From Catajapyx aquilonaris (taxonomy: Eukaryota): a stretch of 38,367 nt of DNA. The number at the start of each line of letters is the position of its first letter. The stretch's first letter is position 1. The notes beneath the pieces are model-generated. The model saw only the letters and a program-made list of their open reading frames with translations. It had not been told where the DNA came from and ran no database searches. Shown in pieces: positions 1-11,645 of the stretch. The stretch spans positions 1 through 38,367 of the forward strand of contig JYFJ02003725.1 of NCBI GenBank assembly GCA_000934665.2, read 5' to 3'. Both the position numbers and the translations under genes were made by a program.

Positions 1-313
1 CGAAAGGGTGCATATAAATTATTTAGATACATGTGTGCGAGTGCATGCGAGTAGAGGCGGTACAGGTTGTGAATTTCTGTTCATACAATAATAAATGGTT
101 TTTTTTATTGCAAAGGTATGGGTATATGCATATTTCCCAGCCAATAATGCAAAGGTGGGATTGCAGATTGGTCGCAGGATAGGGAATCACGGATATGTGA
201 ATGCATGGAGGAACGGGTGAGAGTGGGGGATGTGGATATGATTGGCATCATCACTGGCAATAAGTCCGAAGAGATTGAAAATGTGGTGGGTACCGGTACT
301 GTAGGCCGCATGC

Positions 314-392
314 CTAGAAAAGAGCGAGCGAAGCGAGCGGTTTTCTAGGCCAGCGCCCTAGGAAAATACGAGCGGAGCGAGAGTTTTCCTAG
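314..392 (+). mobile_element. Possible Helitron-type 3' end (two hairpins ending in CTAG|T)
   Basis: cctagaaaa-gagcgagcgaagcgagcg-gttttctagg, then ctaggaaaa-tacgagcggagcgaga-gttttcctag|t. A GC hairpin plus terminal CTAG is typical of rolling-circle elements; no 5' end identified. Confidence 0.4.
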
Positions 393-504
393 TTTATATT
401 TAAAATGAGGTAGAGTGTATGCACATCATGTTTGTGGCAGGTAGTTAGTAGGAGGAAGAAATTATTATCAGGTGGGTGACGAAGAAGTGGACGTATATGT
501 AGTA

Positions 505-1134
505 GGGTGGTTCCATATCAGATCAGCCAGGGAGTGAAAAAAGGTGTCAGGTCATAGTCATCGATTTTTTGGAATAAAATATATGTGAAACCCACATCCA
601 ATTGAACTGTTATGAAGCAATCAGTTTTACGATATTAAATTTAGTTATCGAGATATTAATATTTCTTTTAAGGGGTACCAAAATCACGTACACTTTTTCC
701 ATTGCTTTCAACGAGTATATTTCGGGAACTGTTCTGAAAACCAACATAAAATTTCAAACTCGTCCTTTTGGAATAACACACTGTTATGTAATGCATAAAT
801 GTACCTTATTTAAAGGTACAGTCACCTGCAAATAAATCTCCCATCTTTCATATTTTGGTCACAATGCGCACATTTCGCAATTTAATACACCGTCATGGTA
901 AACGTGACGGTTGTGCTGATTATATTTTGTGATATACTCGGTGACCTCCTAAAGGTTGTGAAATGAAACCTTTGTCAGCTCCGCGTGTAGTTGAGATATG
1001 CGAGGTGAAAATATGGCAACAAGCTAATGACTTATTAGCTCTTGGTTTCACATATATTTTTCCCCCCCAAAAAATCGATGACTATGACCTGACACCTTTT
1101 GTCACTCACTCGCTCATCTGAAATGGAACCACCC
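505..1134. mobile_element. Non-autonomous DNA transposon with ~90-bp TIRs and 4-bp TSD (Sola-like)
   Basis: Left GGGTGGTTCCATATCAGAT...AAGGTGTCAGGTCATAGTCATCGATTTTTTGG is mirrored at the right by CCAAAAAATCGATGACTATGACCTGACACCTT...ATCTGAAATGGAACCACCC. AGTA flanks both sides (501-504, 1135-1138). Superfamily call is inferred from GRG termini plus 4-bp TSD. Confidence 0.75.
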
Positions 1135-1231
1135 AGTATAGTATAGGGAGGCTTTGAAAATGGGACAATCGCAGAGAATAAAGCAGAGAATAAGTAGAAA
1201 ATAAATATTATTACTGATGATTCGCAACAGA

Positions 1232-1383
1232 GTAGCAGTGCTTCACCAGTAGCGGCGATTGTTGAATGGGAAGTGACAGCCCATAAGCCCTTCCTTCCAC
1301 TATGGTGTGGCGATGGGAACGCACCCTCATAGGCCTCATTTGCATAAAAAAATAAAAGAGAGGAAAAGATGGCCGCTATCTAG
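1232..1383 (+). promoter_or_regulatory. Conserved upstream element of ZF unit A (octamer + A-tract + YY1/Pho-like motif)
   Basis: ~150-bp block repeated before units A, B, D, G and H. ATTTGCAT at 1338-1345; AAGATGGCCGC at 1366-1376. Confidence 0.7.
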
Positions 1384-1646
1384 ACTAGTGTGTCCTTCTG
1401 TGTGTGTGGAGAGTCTCTTAGGGTGGTCTGCTGGACAGGGAGACAAGGAGGAGGAGGAAGGGTGAGCGAGGGTCGCAGGCAGAGAGAACACCCACTGGGC
1501 CACAGAGGGAGAACTTCTTCTTCTTCTTGAAGCTCATCCGTCCCCACGGGTGGAAAAGTGGTCACTCTTCGCTATTCCCGGTGGTCTGCCGGGATTACAC
1601 TTGACACGATTGCATGGCCTCCATACCCTTGTGTGTTTGCAGGACC

Positions 1647-1916
1647 ATGTCTTCGATCCTGAGGGTAAAGAAGGAGGAGGAAGTGAAGGAGGAGGAGGAC
1701 ATCACAGTGGACGAGGAGAGCTGGAGGCTAAGGGTGAAGGAGGAGGAAGCACCGGAATGGTTGGACAATGATTCCACTACGCTCATGGAAGACACTCTCC
1801 TCGAGGTCAAGAAGGAGGAAGCGGAGGAGGAGGAGGAAGAGATGGTGGCAACCACGTCCAGGGTGGTCGAAGATGAAGCAGACCCTTTGGCAGGAGGTTC
1901 AGGAAGGATTAGTGGG
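1647..1916 (+). CDS. ZF gene A, coding exon 1 (acidic N-terminal module, 90 aa)
   Basis: tttgcag|gaccATG start; MSSILRVKKEEEVKEEE...EADPLAGGSGRISG; donor GGG|gtatgt in phase 0. Paralogous to six other copies in the window. Confidence 0.85.
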
Positions 1917-1992
1917 GTATGTAACCTCCTAAATATGAAATGTAATTTTAGACTAAAGTCGCACAAGATCATCAATCCAAGTCAAACACTGA

Positions 1993-2171
1993 AGGCCGGT
2001 ATCCACGTACAAGATTCTCGCATACGAGGAGCCAACTGCGCATGCCCGGATACGAGGAAAGAGGAAAAAGTTGAAAAGTTTCAACTTTTTCCTCTTTCCT
2101 CGTATCTGGGCATGCGCAGTTGGCTCCTCGTATGCGAGAATCTCGAGAGAAATGTACAGGGATACCGGCCT
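1993..2171. mobile_element. Palindromic MITE (PIF/Harbinger-like)
   Basis: AGGCCGGTATCC...GGATACCGGCCT near-perfect fold-back flanked by TGA/TTA. Absent at the paralogous site near 22135-22150. Confidence 0.8.
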
Positions 2172-2288
2172 TTAGGCTTAGAAAGATGTTTAGGAAATGC
2201 CCACACTCCTGTCTGCATTAACTCAACCCAGTTGATGATGTAAATGGTTTTTCTTGAAACATCCTGATGAGTTTGACTATTTTATTAA

Positions 2289-2726
2289 CCCTGGAACCGT
2301 GCCGTGCCTACGAGTATTAGGGCAACCGTGCCGTGGGGTCTTTTCGGACCCCGCCATATTTAAATTTTTATTAATTTTTATATAATACTTTTCGAAGGGA
2401 GGCGAAGTGGCGCTGCGGTAACGTATGCGCCCACGAATGTTAAGGTCCCGGGTTCGATCCCAACCCGGGGACACCCCCTTCATCTCGTGCAGAGTTCGTT
2501 GGGGGTCACCTCTGGCTTCGTCTTGGGTGGTATTTCCTACAGACTAAACCACCCGGGGGAGTTCACTAAAAATGACCTCGTTTAAGACATTGCACTGCAC
2601 CTTGCACATCCCCTCCTGTCATCCTGCCCGTGGGCCCGGGCGTTACGTATAAAGGCTCCGATGTACACGACAAATTAAATAAAGGTCCGTGCTACATACC
2701 TCCGTCGAGGTCAAGCACTACCCCGG

Positions 2727-2797
<71 letters not shown>

Positions 2798-2988
2798 ATA
2801 CTTTTCGATGTATTGACTATATACAATCATTCTTTGAACATTGCCTAAAAGGATGGCTAATTCAAAATAAACCTGCACTTCTTGTTATAGTGTATACTGT
2901 AAAAAATGGCAAAAGTTCATTATAATTATCATTTTAATGCATTTTAATACCTTGGGGTCCAAAAAAGACCCCAGGCATGGTTCCAGGG
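2289..2988. mobile_element. Non-autonomous piggyBac element
   Basis: TTAA|CCCTGGAACCGTGCC ... GGCATGGTTCCAGGG|TTAA, with subterminal ggggtc..gacccc palindromes. Absent in the paralogous intron near 22250. Confidence 0.88.
2396..2791 (+). mobile_element. tRNA-derived SINE with (ATT)n tail, nested in the piggyBac MITE
   Basis: A-box TGGCGCTGCGG, B-box GGTTCGATCCC, (ATT)n tail ~2726-2791. 17-bp TSD TATATAATACTTTTCGA at 2379-2395 and 2792-2808. Confidence 0.9.
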
Positions 2989-3862
2989 TTAAGCCTTGTT
3001 TTCTGTAAGAGAGCATGGATTTATTATTATTACTAGCAAGTGACCTGGCATTGCTGTGGTGGTAGAGGTATGCAAGAATTAAACACACTTCATCCTTAAA
3101 TCTGGCCGTCATGTAGTAACTGAAAATGTAAGCAAAAGTTTTCCCTGCAGAGTCCTTTCTGCCTAAATTTTCGTGTCCGTAAACACGCCTTTGTATTCCC
3201 CTGTTTTCTCCAACCGACTTCTAATATAAGATTGCATCTGGAATGCAAATTAGGTAACTGGAGTGCATAAATTTGCATATCTGGGTTTAGCCACATTTAT
3301 AAAGCAGTGACCAACTGGAGTGCACATTGCATCTTTGCATCCGAATATTCAAACCCCTGGATAAGTGACAAATGGGAAAATCATCCCCACTCCAGTGTAC
3401 AGTCTTTTACTATGTGTGGGAAAGTGACACTGGGTGATCGAAAGCATAACCAGTTAGTCTCCCCAAAGAACCAACTAAATTGTTCTCTCCATTCTACCTA
3501 GAAACATGAAGTGTGGTTTACAACTTACAGTACTTGATGGGAATGAAGCACTATTTACAGTAAATGCTGGAATTGGCCTCCACAGACGTCCATATTCACT
3601 GGAACATGACACAATGCTCCATATTATTGTAGTTCCTCTGCACTCACCAACAGTTCGGATAGCGCTGTACTGTTGTTGATTTCCAAATCTGTATATTGTA
3701 CAAAAAAATGTTTGGGAACCTCTGTTCTACAGCATTTGAGGTGAGATGCAAAGTGATCGATGTTCAAAAAAATAAAAATGTTAAGATGAGTGCCTCACAT
3801 GAGGGAACTTCCAAGCTACTGGCATCTTGTCCATTTGAAGTTGTCTGGGGGGGGGGGGGGGG

Positions 3863-3871
3863 NNNNNNNNN
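3863..3871. other. Assembly gap (9 N) after a poly-G run
   Basis: nnnnnnnnn in the sequence. Confidence 0.99.
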
Positions 3872-4514
3872 AGAAACAATAAGTGTTGCTTGGGTGAAAT
3901 TGTCCAAAGTGACCTATATTGCCTAAAGAACTTTTAATAATTCGTTAATATATTATTGATGTCATCTCACGATTTGTTGCTGTTAAATAGTCCTCTGGTG
4001 AACACTGAAAACATATCCAACAGTGGGAACCACTAACAGTAAGTAACGCGAGATGGTCAAGTCAGAAATCAGCTCTCCTGAAAATTACTTCTCTCTTGAG
4101 ATTGATCACTCTTGCTTCTCATCACCTCATTTACGAAATTGAGGCTGATAAGAGCCACCTGAAATTCAACCCCTCTATTGGAAAAACTGCGTGAGAGAGT
4201 TTCTTTGGCCTTCAGAACAATATTGATCATAAGGTCTATTAGCTTACCCATTTTCAGACAAATCCATCTGGCCCAACTTTTTTGTACAGACCCCCACCAC
4301 GTCCTTTGTCCCTTCTGACCTGGATCCAGCAGAGGTCATTGTGTCTCTCATTCCAACATTTCAATAGTTACAGTCAAATCTGTGATTGTACAATCTGTGC
4401 ATCAGTGAGACAACTTATTGAGCCATTACAATAAGGGGAAGTTTCCAAATGGCCAAAGAATCACAGTATCCACACTGGAAAATCGAAATTGATATTTTGT
4501 AATTCATGTTCCAG

Positions 4515-5597
4515 GTTGTGCAAGTGAGAACTGAAAACGGAGAAGAAGATAATGGTGTCCAAGAGGAAAGGAAAGGGGGAGTATGTGATGGAAGAAGTTC
4601 TTTTGAGTGCAGAATATGCCAGAAATTCTTTGGTACCCAGCGAGATTTGAAATTTCACATGATGATTCATAGTACAAGGAATTGCTGCCACATTTGCCAG
4701 ATAAAATTTGATGATTCAACTCAGTTGAGGTCTCACAATGAATCTCATACAGTCATATTTTCTTGTGAGCTCTGCCAGAAAAAATTTAGTGAATCAAGTA
4801 CATTGAAAAATCACATGCAAATGCATACGGGGGAGAGACCATTTACTTGTGAAGTGTGTCAGAAAAAATTCAGTCTATCACTGTTGTTGAAAATTCACAT
4901 GGGAATTCATACACGCGAGAGAAAATTTCTCTGTGAAGTTTGCCATAAAAAATTTAACTGTTCAAGTGAATTGGAAATGCACAAGCGAATTCATACAGGA
5001 GAAAAACCATTTTCTTGTGAGGTGTGCCAGAAATTTTTTAGCCAATTAAGTAATTTGAAAACTCACATGTACATTCATACGGGAGAAACCCCATTTTCTT
5101 GTGAGGTGTGCCAGAAAAAATTTAGTAATTCAAGTAATTTGAAAACTCACATGCACATTCATACGGGAGAAAACCCATTTTCTTGTGAGGTGTGCCAGAA
5201 AAAATTTGGTTATTCAAGTACATTGAAAATTCACATGCGAATTCATACAGGAGAGAGTACATTGCTTTGTGAAGTGTGCCATAAAAATTTTGCATGTCAA
5301 AGTCAGTTAAAAAGTCACATGCGAATTCATACAGGGGAAAAACCATTCACTTGTGAGGTGTGCCAGAAAAAATTTACCCGTCCAAGGAATTTGAAATCTC
5401 ACATGCGCATTCATACGGGGGAGAGACCATTTACTTGTGAGGTGTGTCAGAAAAAATTCAGTGAATTGAGAAAGTTGAAAATTCACATGGGAATTCATAC
5501 AGGAGAGAGAAAATTTCTTTGTGAAGTTTGCCATAAAAAATTTGGTTATTCAAGTGTTTTGAAAAGACACATGCAAATTCATACTGGAAAAGTATAA
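4515..5597 (+). CDS. ZF gene A, coding exon 2: 12 C2H2 zinc fingers (spliced product ~450 aa)
   Basis: Acceptor ttccag|GTT in phase 0; repeated CxxC-x12-H-x3-H with TGE(K/R)PF linkers; open to TAA. Confidence 0.93.
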   Translation, partial: VVQVRTENGEEDNGVQEERKGGVCDGRSSFECRICQKFFGTQRDLKFHMMIHSTRNCCHICQIKFDDSTQLRSHNESHTVIFSCELCQKKFSESSTLKNHMQMHTGERPFTCEVCQKKFSLSLLLKIHMGIHTRERKFLCEVCHKKFNCSSELEMHKRIHTGEKPFSCEVCQKFFSQLSNLKTHMYIHTGETPFSCEVCQKKFSNSSNLKTHMHIHTGENPFSCEVCQKKFGYSSTLKIHMRIHTGESTLLCEVCHKNFACQSQLKSHMRIHTGEKPFTCEVCQKKFTRPRNLKSHMRIHTGERPFTCEVCQKKFSELRKLKIHMGIHTGERKFLCEVCHKKFGYSSVLKRHMQIHTGKV

Positions 5598-6177
5598 TCT
5601 GGGAAGCAGTGTGAAAAAAATAAAAATAAACATGTGAATTCACAGACAGCAATATAAGCAACAACAGGTCACATCAAATCGGCTTCAGACAATTCAATGT
5701 CAATCATCATAATTGCGATAATCTATTATTCATCCTGTTACAAACGCCAGTGTTGGGTACAACGTTCCATGAATATGGTGCATACAATACTGGTGAATGT
5801 TTCCTTGAATACACAGTGATTTCACTATAATATTCTTCCCTGCTCTGCTCAACCTGGATCACCTATCCTTTGGTATAAACTAGGAAATTATGAATCCCTA
5901 ATTGCAAATATTTATATTTCAGTAATCTTGTAGTGCACATCAGTTGCAAGTTCTAGAGGAGCATTACTTTTTTCTGATATGTAGCTTGCTTATGACAGCA
6001 AACTTCTGCTTTGTATCTATAGATACATCTGACATGTTTTTCATGTATTTTTTATTAACTCAAAGAGATAATTATGCTGCACATTGTTTTGTGAAGATTA
6101 CTGCGAATCTACGATGACACCGGCTAGCTCTAATAAAGACACCGTGGGTTCACTAAATCAGGTTTATTCGCAAGTAG

Positions 6178-6429
6178 TAGGGCTGTGCGATATCCGAAAT
6201 TACATATCGACTTTCGATACTTAAAAAATATCGAATCGAAGTCGATATATCGAAAACCGACATCGAGAAATATCGAAAACCGACATCGAGAAATATCGAA
6301 AACAGACATCGAAAAATATCGAAAACCGCTATTCGATATATCGAACATGCCAAGCGTCGGATATCGCAACTTCGATATTAGGAAAATATCGTATCGACAG
6401 TCGATATATCGAAATATCGCACAGCCCTA
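6178..6429. mobile_element. hAT-type MITE rich in ATCGA repeats
   Basis: TIR TAGGGCTGTGCGATAT ... ATATCGCACAGCCCTA; 8-bp flanks GCAAGTAG / GGAAGTAG (7/8 match). Confidence 0.85.
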
Positions 6430-6612
6430 GGAAGTAGCCCTTGCCGGACCTGGATTACAACTGTTGGGTTGGGAAGGAGGCTTGTGTCCCACTCCCTTGG
6501 CCCTTTTTTCCTTGGGGCTCCTCTCAACAACTAGGTCAGCCCAACCCGAGCATTGCCACACGTTCAGCAGACATGCGCAGTGTGAGAAATTGCGAATAGC
6601 GTTGTTGGAGGA

Positions 6613-6763
6613 AGTAGCAGTGCTTCACCAAAAATAGCGGCGATTGTTGAGAGGATATGGATAGCGCATAAGCCCGTCCTTTCACTCTCTGGTGTGTGGC
6701 GACAGGAACGCACCCTCATTTGCATAAAAAAAGAAAAGAAAATGAAAGATGGCCGCCTGATGA
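6613..6763 (+). promoter_or_regulatory. Conserved upstream element of ZF unit B
   Basis: ATTTGCAT at 6718-6725; AAGATGGCCGCC at 6746-6757. Candidate 5'UTR intron gtgagt(6797)...ctgcag(6856). Confidence 0.7.
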
Positions 6764-6860
6764 GCATTGGCGTCGATTGATTCTGTGGGATTGACGTGAG
6801 TTGGTTCTTCGGCTGGTGGTCGGAGGGACTCGTCGGAACCCCTCCACTCTCTGCAGGGCC

Positions 6861-7109
6861 ATGTCCTTGATTCTGAGGATAAAGAAGGAAGGGGAAGTGA
6901 AGGAGGAGGACATCGCAGTGGACGAGGAGAGTTGGAGGCTAAGGGTGAAGGAGGAGGAGACCCCATCCAGCCCTACTCTGCTCGTGGAAGACACCCTTCA
7001 TGAGATCAAGAAGGAGGAGGCACAGGAGGAAGAGATGGTGGTGGACACGCCCGAGGTGGTAGAAGATGAAGATGACCCTTTGGCAGGAGGTTCAGGAAGG
7101 ACTAGTGGG
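6861..7109 (+). CDS. ZF gene B, coding exon 1 (acidic module, 83 aa)
   Basis: ctgcag|ggccATG; MSLILRIKKEGEVKEE...EDDPLAGGSGRTSG; donor gtatgt in phase 0. Confidence 0.85.
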
Positions 7110-7119
7110 GTATGTACGA

Positions 7120-7330
7120 TACGAGGTGCATCCAGAAAGAAAGTTCAGTTTGTTAATTAGAAAAACTACAAAAAAAAACCCTTGAAGTAACATTACGTAC
7201 TACATCTGAAAGGTTCAACTGTCTACTTGTTTTCAATATAATTTCCAGCCAAATCTATTGATTTGTCATAGAGTTACAGCAGGTTTTGTATGCGTACTCC
7301 ACAGTATTATGCTGCCAACTCCTCGTCATT
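7120..7330. mobile_element. Mariner-like terminal fragment
   Basis: Begins TA|CGAGGTGCATCCAGAAAG, which resembles mariner TIRs. No partner TIR found; the right boundary is approximate. Confidence 0.4.
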
Positions 7331-7408
7331 GTCACACCTCTGATTGACATGCCATTTCTTCGTGTCCATGGACAGGTGGTAACCGCTAGGTTCTCAATCG
7401 AAGTCTAA

Positions 7409-7569
7409 AGGCCATTTCACAGAAAAATGTCGCGCGGCAAAGGGCGCGACTTGCGGCAAATTTTTTATTTATATTTATTATTGCCAACAATTGGCAACAA
7501 TAAATATAAATAAAACATTTGCCGCAAGTCGCGCCCTTTGCCGCGCGACATTTTTCTGTGAAATGGCCT
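7409..7569. mobile_element. Palindromic MITE (PIF/Harbinger-like)
   Basis: AGGCCATTTCACAGAAAAATGTCGCGCGGCAAAGGGCGCGACTTGCGGCAAA is mirrored almost perfectly; flanks TAA/TTA. A related copy lies at 30532-30684. Confidence 0.85.
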
Positions 7570-7732
7570 TTAAGGCCCCTGCACACTAGAGTTGCTGGGT
7601 ACACGCCGCTCCCTTTCATTTCATTGTCGCTGTCGCTCCGTTTCATTTCCGTGTTCACACTCACGACGCTGTGTGGTAAGCCAGAGTGGAAAGCCATTAG
7701 GCCCGGCGCGAGTGACAACCTGCGAATGGTAA

Positions 7733-8381
7733 TTGCAGCAATGTGACAGGAGCCAGCGATTCCCAGGCCGCTTCCTCTTCACTGATGAAGCCTGCTTCAC
7801 TCTGGATGGGCTCTTCAACAGCCATAACAGCCACGTGTGGTCAGATGAAAACCTCCCACAGCATCCATATCCGAGGCCACCAGGTGTGATTCTCCGTCAA
7901 CATGTGGGCAGGGATCATTGGGGATCACGTGATTGGCCCATACATGCTGCCACCTCGCCTGGATGGCCTTGCGTTTCTTCAGAATACTTTACCCTTGCTG
8001 GAGGATGTTCCCTCAAACATCGTGCGACGTTACACTGCCTGCATTTCCTGGGGCGGCCGTCATTTTGAGTAGCTATTGTGACTATGGCTTAGTTATTGAT
8101 ACTGTACATTGTCCTTTGTCATTGGTGATGTTGTCATGCCTTGTTTCAGAGTACTGATGTAGTATTTGTTCATGGTATCATAGTTGGATGATAAAAGGGT
8201 TGGCCAGAAACCTGTTGTACACACCCTGTTGCCAACAGGTGGTTGCAATCTTGACATCTCTGTCTGCCCCTGGCGTTGACAGTTTTCATTTCTGACCATG
8301 GGTGCATTGGTCAAAACTGCTCGTCTCTGCCTCCCCTACACACCCTAGCAGTTTGTAAAGATAACTTGGAAACACCCTTGT
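7733..8381 (+). mobile_element. Decayed Tc1/mariner-superfamily transposon fragment
   Basis: FLFTDEACFTLDGLFNSHNSHVWSDEN, then frameshifted FSVNMWAGIIGDHVIGPYMLPPRLDG (first catalytic D region of Tc1-like transposases). TIR-like GAAACACCCTTGTA near 8369-8382. Confidence 0.8.
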
Positions 8382-8519
8382 ATGTATGTGTATACTATTA
8401 TAGCAGAACTCTTGGCAGAACATACTCATAAGCAGAAGGACAGAATTAGGCTTTTAGTGGTATGATCTGCTTTCTATACCCAATATTCTAAATATTATAC
8501 ACTGTACTTCAATTTCCAG

Positions 8520-9017
8520 GTCGTACAAGTGAGAACTGAAGACGGAGAAGCCGCGAATGGGAGCCAAGAGGACAGGAACAGGGGGAGATGTGATGGACAA
8601 AATCTATTTCCAGGCAGAATATGCCAGAACGTAACATTTACTACCCAGGATGATTTCGATATTCACATGATTATTTATTCAGAAAGAAATTGCTGCCCGA
8701 TTTGTCATAAAAAATTTGCAACGCCAAGTAATTTGAAAACTCACATGCGCATATTTCATAATGATAATGGAAACCAACCATTCACTTGTGATGTGTGCAA
8801 GAAAAAATTTGCAAGCCAAAGTAATTTGAAAACTCATATGCTCATTCATGACGAAAACCAACCATTCACTTGTGAGGTGTGCCATAAAAAGTTTCTCGAT
8901 GAGCATACTTTGAAACGGCACATCATGCGAATTCATCCAACAGGAACTTGCGAGGTGTGCCATAAGGAATTTCCTTCATTATGGAGGTTGAACATGCACA
9001 TGAGAATTCATACATGA
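8520..9017 (+). CDS. ZF gene B, coding exon 2: 4 C2H2 fingers plus 1 degenerate finger (spliced ~248 aa)
   Basis: Acceptor tttccag|GTC GTA CAA in phase 0; CPICHKKF..., CDVCKKKF..., CEVCHKKF..., CEVCHKEF... Confidence 0.88.
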   Translation, partial: VVQVRTEDGEAANGSQEDRNRGRCDGQNLFPGRICQNVTFTTQDDFDIHMIIYSERNCCPICHKKFATPSNLKTHMRIFHNDNGNQPFTCDVCKKKFASQSNLKTHMLIHDENQPFTCEVCHKKFLDEHTLKRHIMRIHPTGTCEVCHKEFPSLWRLNMHMRIHT

Positions 9018-10374
9018 ATAGTTACCATTTTCTTTAGAGGAGTGGGATAAAAACAACTTTTATCCCATGGTCTCATGATTGGAAAACTTCTGCACCAGGG
9101 AGGTCATTTATTGGTTCAAAAAAAAAATTTCATGCGAAGTATTTGAAAAGTCACATCCAAATTCATACGAGAGAGAGACATCCATGTTGTTGAAACTTGC
9201 CAATTACCCCAAAGTTGTTGCAGATGACCCTTTAGCAGATGGTTCCAGAAATAATAGGACACAGTACATTTGTCATCTACATTCTTTTCTGTAATATTAA
9301 AATGATTGCGGTGTTTGCAGCAGCCTTCTGATTGGCCCGGCCGCATTTCCTGTAGTTTGCAAGAAATAATAATAATTTTTGAACGAACAAGTTGTTATGC
9401 TGCTGCTGTAATTTCAGTGTCAGCCCTACCGCCTTTCAATCATCGATGATAACCTGTGCTCTGCCCAGTGCAGCAAAACTAGCAAGATCACCAGGTATAA
9501 TACACGGGTTATTTTCCATAAGCAGGGAACTTAACAACCTAACATCTTGTCCCAAAGACCAGCACATATTGTGACATAGGAAAATGCTGCGGGGGAAATG
9601 CTCACGCTAGTCACACATAATTATATATTTTTTTGTGCAAAAAAAGTGCATAACCGAATGTTGATTCCTGGAAGTAATTCGCACAAAAACGTTCCCATCA
9701 GTGAAACTGCGCGAATTAATTAGAAATATCAGTGAACGGTCACCCCCCAAAAAATCTGCAAAAATATGGGTCGAAAAGCGAGCCACATTCTTCTGCAGCT
9801 TTATCCAATGGCACTTAAATAGTCTGTGACGAGCATTTCCACACGTTCAGCAGGCAAGTACAGGGAGATGCGAATAGCGTGGAAACTCTAGTGTCCCTCT
9901 GGGGAAAGTGCACCAAATAAAGTGTATGGCGACTATGTCTATCGTTTAAGTTTCAGTAGTGAAGCTTCGGAAAAGTTGTCAATTACTTTTCAATTCTCCC
10001 TCGTGTTAGCATGACGTGTGGTGGGCAGAATATATAGGGCTAAATTTTAAAGGTGAAAGGGCTTTAATCTTCTGTATTCCGTACGTAATTCGAGTTGGAT
10101 TGTCTAGACTAGAGCATTCACTCATATAATGACTTATTGCATAATGGTACAGTATTAAAATTAAATTTATATGTAAGAGGGCTTGGATCCGGCTGCTCGG
10201 AGTGGCTTGGATGCCCCCCTTTGGTGGGTCGTGTGCTCGTCTGGTTTTGGTTCACTTTGCCCACACTTATTCTCAGAGAAAGAGTGTCCCTCCTCCACCT
10301 CTTCAGCTGCCATGGTTGGGGATGCAACACTTGACACGGTGGCATGACCTCCACCCTTGTGTGTTTGCAGGGCC

Positions 10375-10635
10375 ATGTCTTTGATCCTGAGGATAAAGAA
10401 GGAGGAGGAAGTGAAGGAGGAGGAGGACATCAAAGTGGACGAGGAGAGTTGGAGGCTAAGGGTGAAGGAGGAGGAAGCACCACCACCATGGTTGGACAAT
10501 GACTCTACTACGCTCATGGAAGACACTCTTCTCGAGGTCAAGAAGGAGGAGGAAGAGGAGATGGTGGTGGACATGGCCAGGGTGGTTGAGGATGAAGATG
10601 ACCCTTTGGCAGGAGGTTCAGGAAGGACTAGTGGG
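10375..10635 (+). CDS. ZF gene C, coding exon 1 (acidic module, 87 aa)
   Basis: tttgcag|ggccATG; MSLILRIKKEEEVKEEEDIKVDEE...DDPLAGGSGRTSG; donor gtatgc in phase 0. Confidence 0.85.
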
Positions 10636-11645
10636 GTATGCAATATGTTGAATTTGCAGCATAATTTTACAATGAATTGCAACAAATTGATCAGTCCAAA
10701 TCAACCATTCAGGCTTGGAAGATGTTTTATCAAATAGCCTACTCTTGACTAGTCTGTAAAGAAGGTTTTCATGTGCAGTGGACTCCAGATGTAATGCCCT
10801 TCAAGGGACCCCAGATATGGACAAATCACCATGTTTGCAACTCTTTCACAACTCTAATTCACTCTACTGCATACTGATTAATGAAACTATACATGAAAAT
10901 GCAAAGCTTATGGTACCTGTAAATTATGCAGTACCGGTACCAAAAAAACCAGTAATTTTCTTCTGACATCTCCTTGCTGACAAATTTTCCAGAAAAAGTG
11001 TCGTATGTGGCGTGTTTTATTAAACTCGCTGCCTGGCATTTTGGCCGTCTTTGTCTCACTCACAACTGCCTCATTCACGTAGAGTGTGACAGAATAATAG
11101 CTGGGAACCAAAGTCAGCCCAGCACAAGGAAGGGAGTTCATTAAGACTACAGATACCCCCATGTTACACTATTTCAGGCAAATGCATTCAAACTGTTCAG
11201 TTTCTTTTCATATTTGCGGAGATTTTTGATATGCTGAAGGCTGTTTTGTCTAATAATGTTGGCCGAGTAAATGCTGTATCTTCATATTTTAACCGGCTAT
11301 GTACAAATATGATCAGACTTCACAAAATTTAACTAAAACTGCTATGACTTCTATTCTGGATAAAAATTCAATTATGATCGATGATTGCATGTTTTTCAGA
11401 CTTCCAGTGTTGAATTCCCCCCATCTGGAGTAAATACTGACTATTTCCTATGATATGGGGAGGTGTGGTGGCCGAGATGGTAACGTCTCGGCTTGCTGAG
11501 TGAAAGGCCCCAGGTTCGATCCCCGCCTGGGGAACTTTCCTTTCACCTGCGCCAGGAGGGTCTCTCACCTGCACCAAGGAGGTGTCTGGCAACCTAACCT
11601 CCTGGGGAACAGCACATGACCCATAGCTACGACCAAAGAGCTTAA

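Noticed and set aside
1595..1975. Ser-rich minus-strand ORFs (also 6716-6994, 10167-10685, 16787-17191, 21756-22007, 26173-26574, 29397-30062, 32429-32857)
   Set aside because: Antisense shadows of GAG/GAA-rich acidic exons; splice and start signals support the + strand.
2396..2475. tRNA-like sequences (also ~11460-11535, ~13770-13845, ~18205-18284)
   Set aside because: They have A/B boxes but continue into SINE bodies, mostly with tails and TSDs; I could not build complete cloverleafs.
2630..2925. Poly-Tyr and poly-Leu ORFs
   Set aside because: Translations of the (ATT)n SINE tail.
3530..4260. Possible decayed Tc1 (PLHSP-like) and LINE 3' fragments around the gap
   Set aside because: Similarity is too short and degenerate to support a call without a database search.
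4780..5590. 84-bp periodic repeats
   Set aside because: Simply the 28-codon C2H2 finger unit.
6178..6429. Short ATCGA-rich repeats resembling a CRISPR or iteron array
   Set aside because: No constant repeat with unique spacers and no cas genes; eukaryotic context; bounded by hAT-type TIRs and an 8-bp TSD.
6757..6800. TGATGA as a box C of a snoRNA (also at 26164)
   Set aside because: Not conserved in the other three module copies; no matching box D or terminal stem seen.
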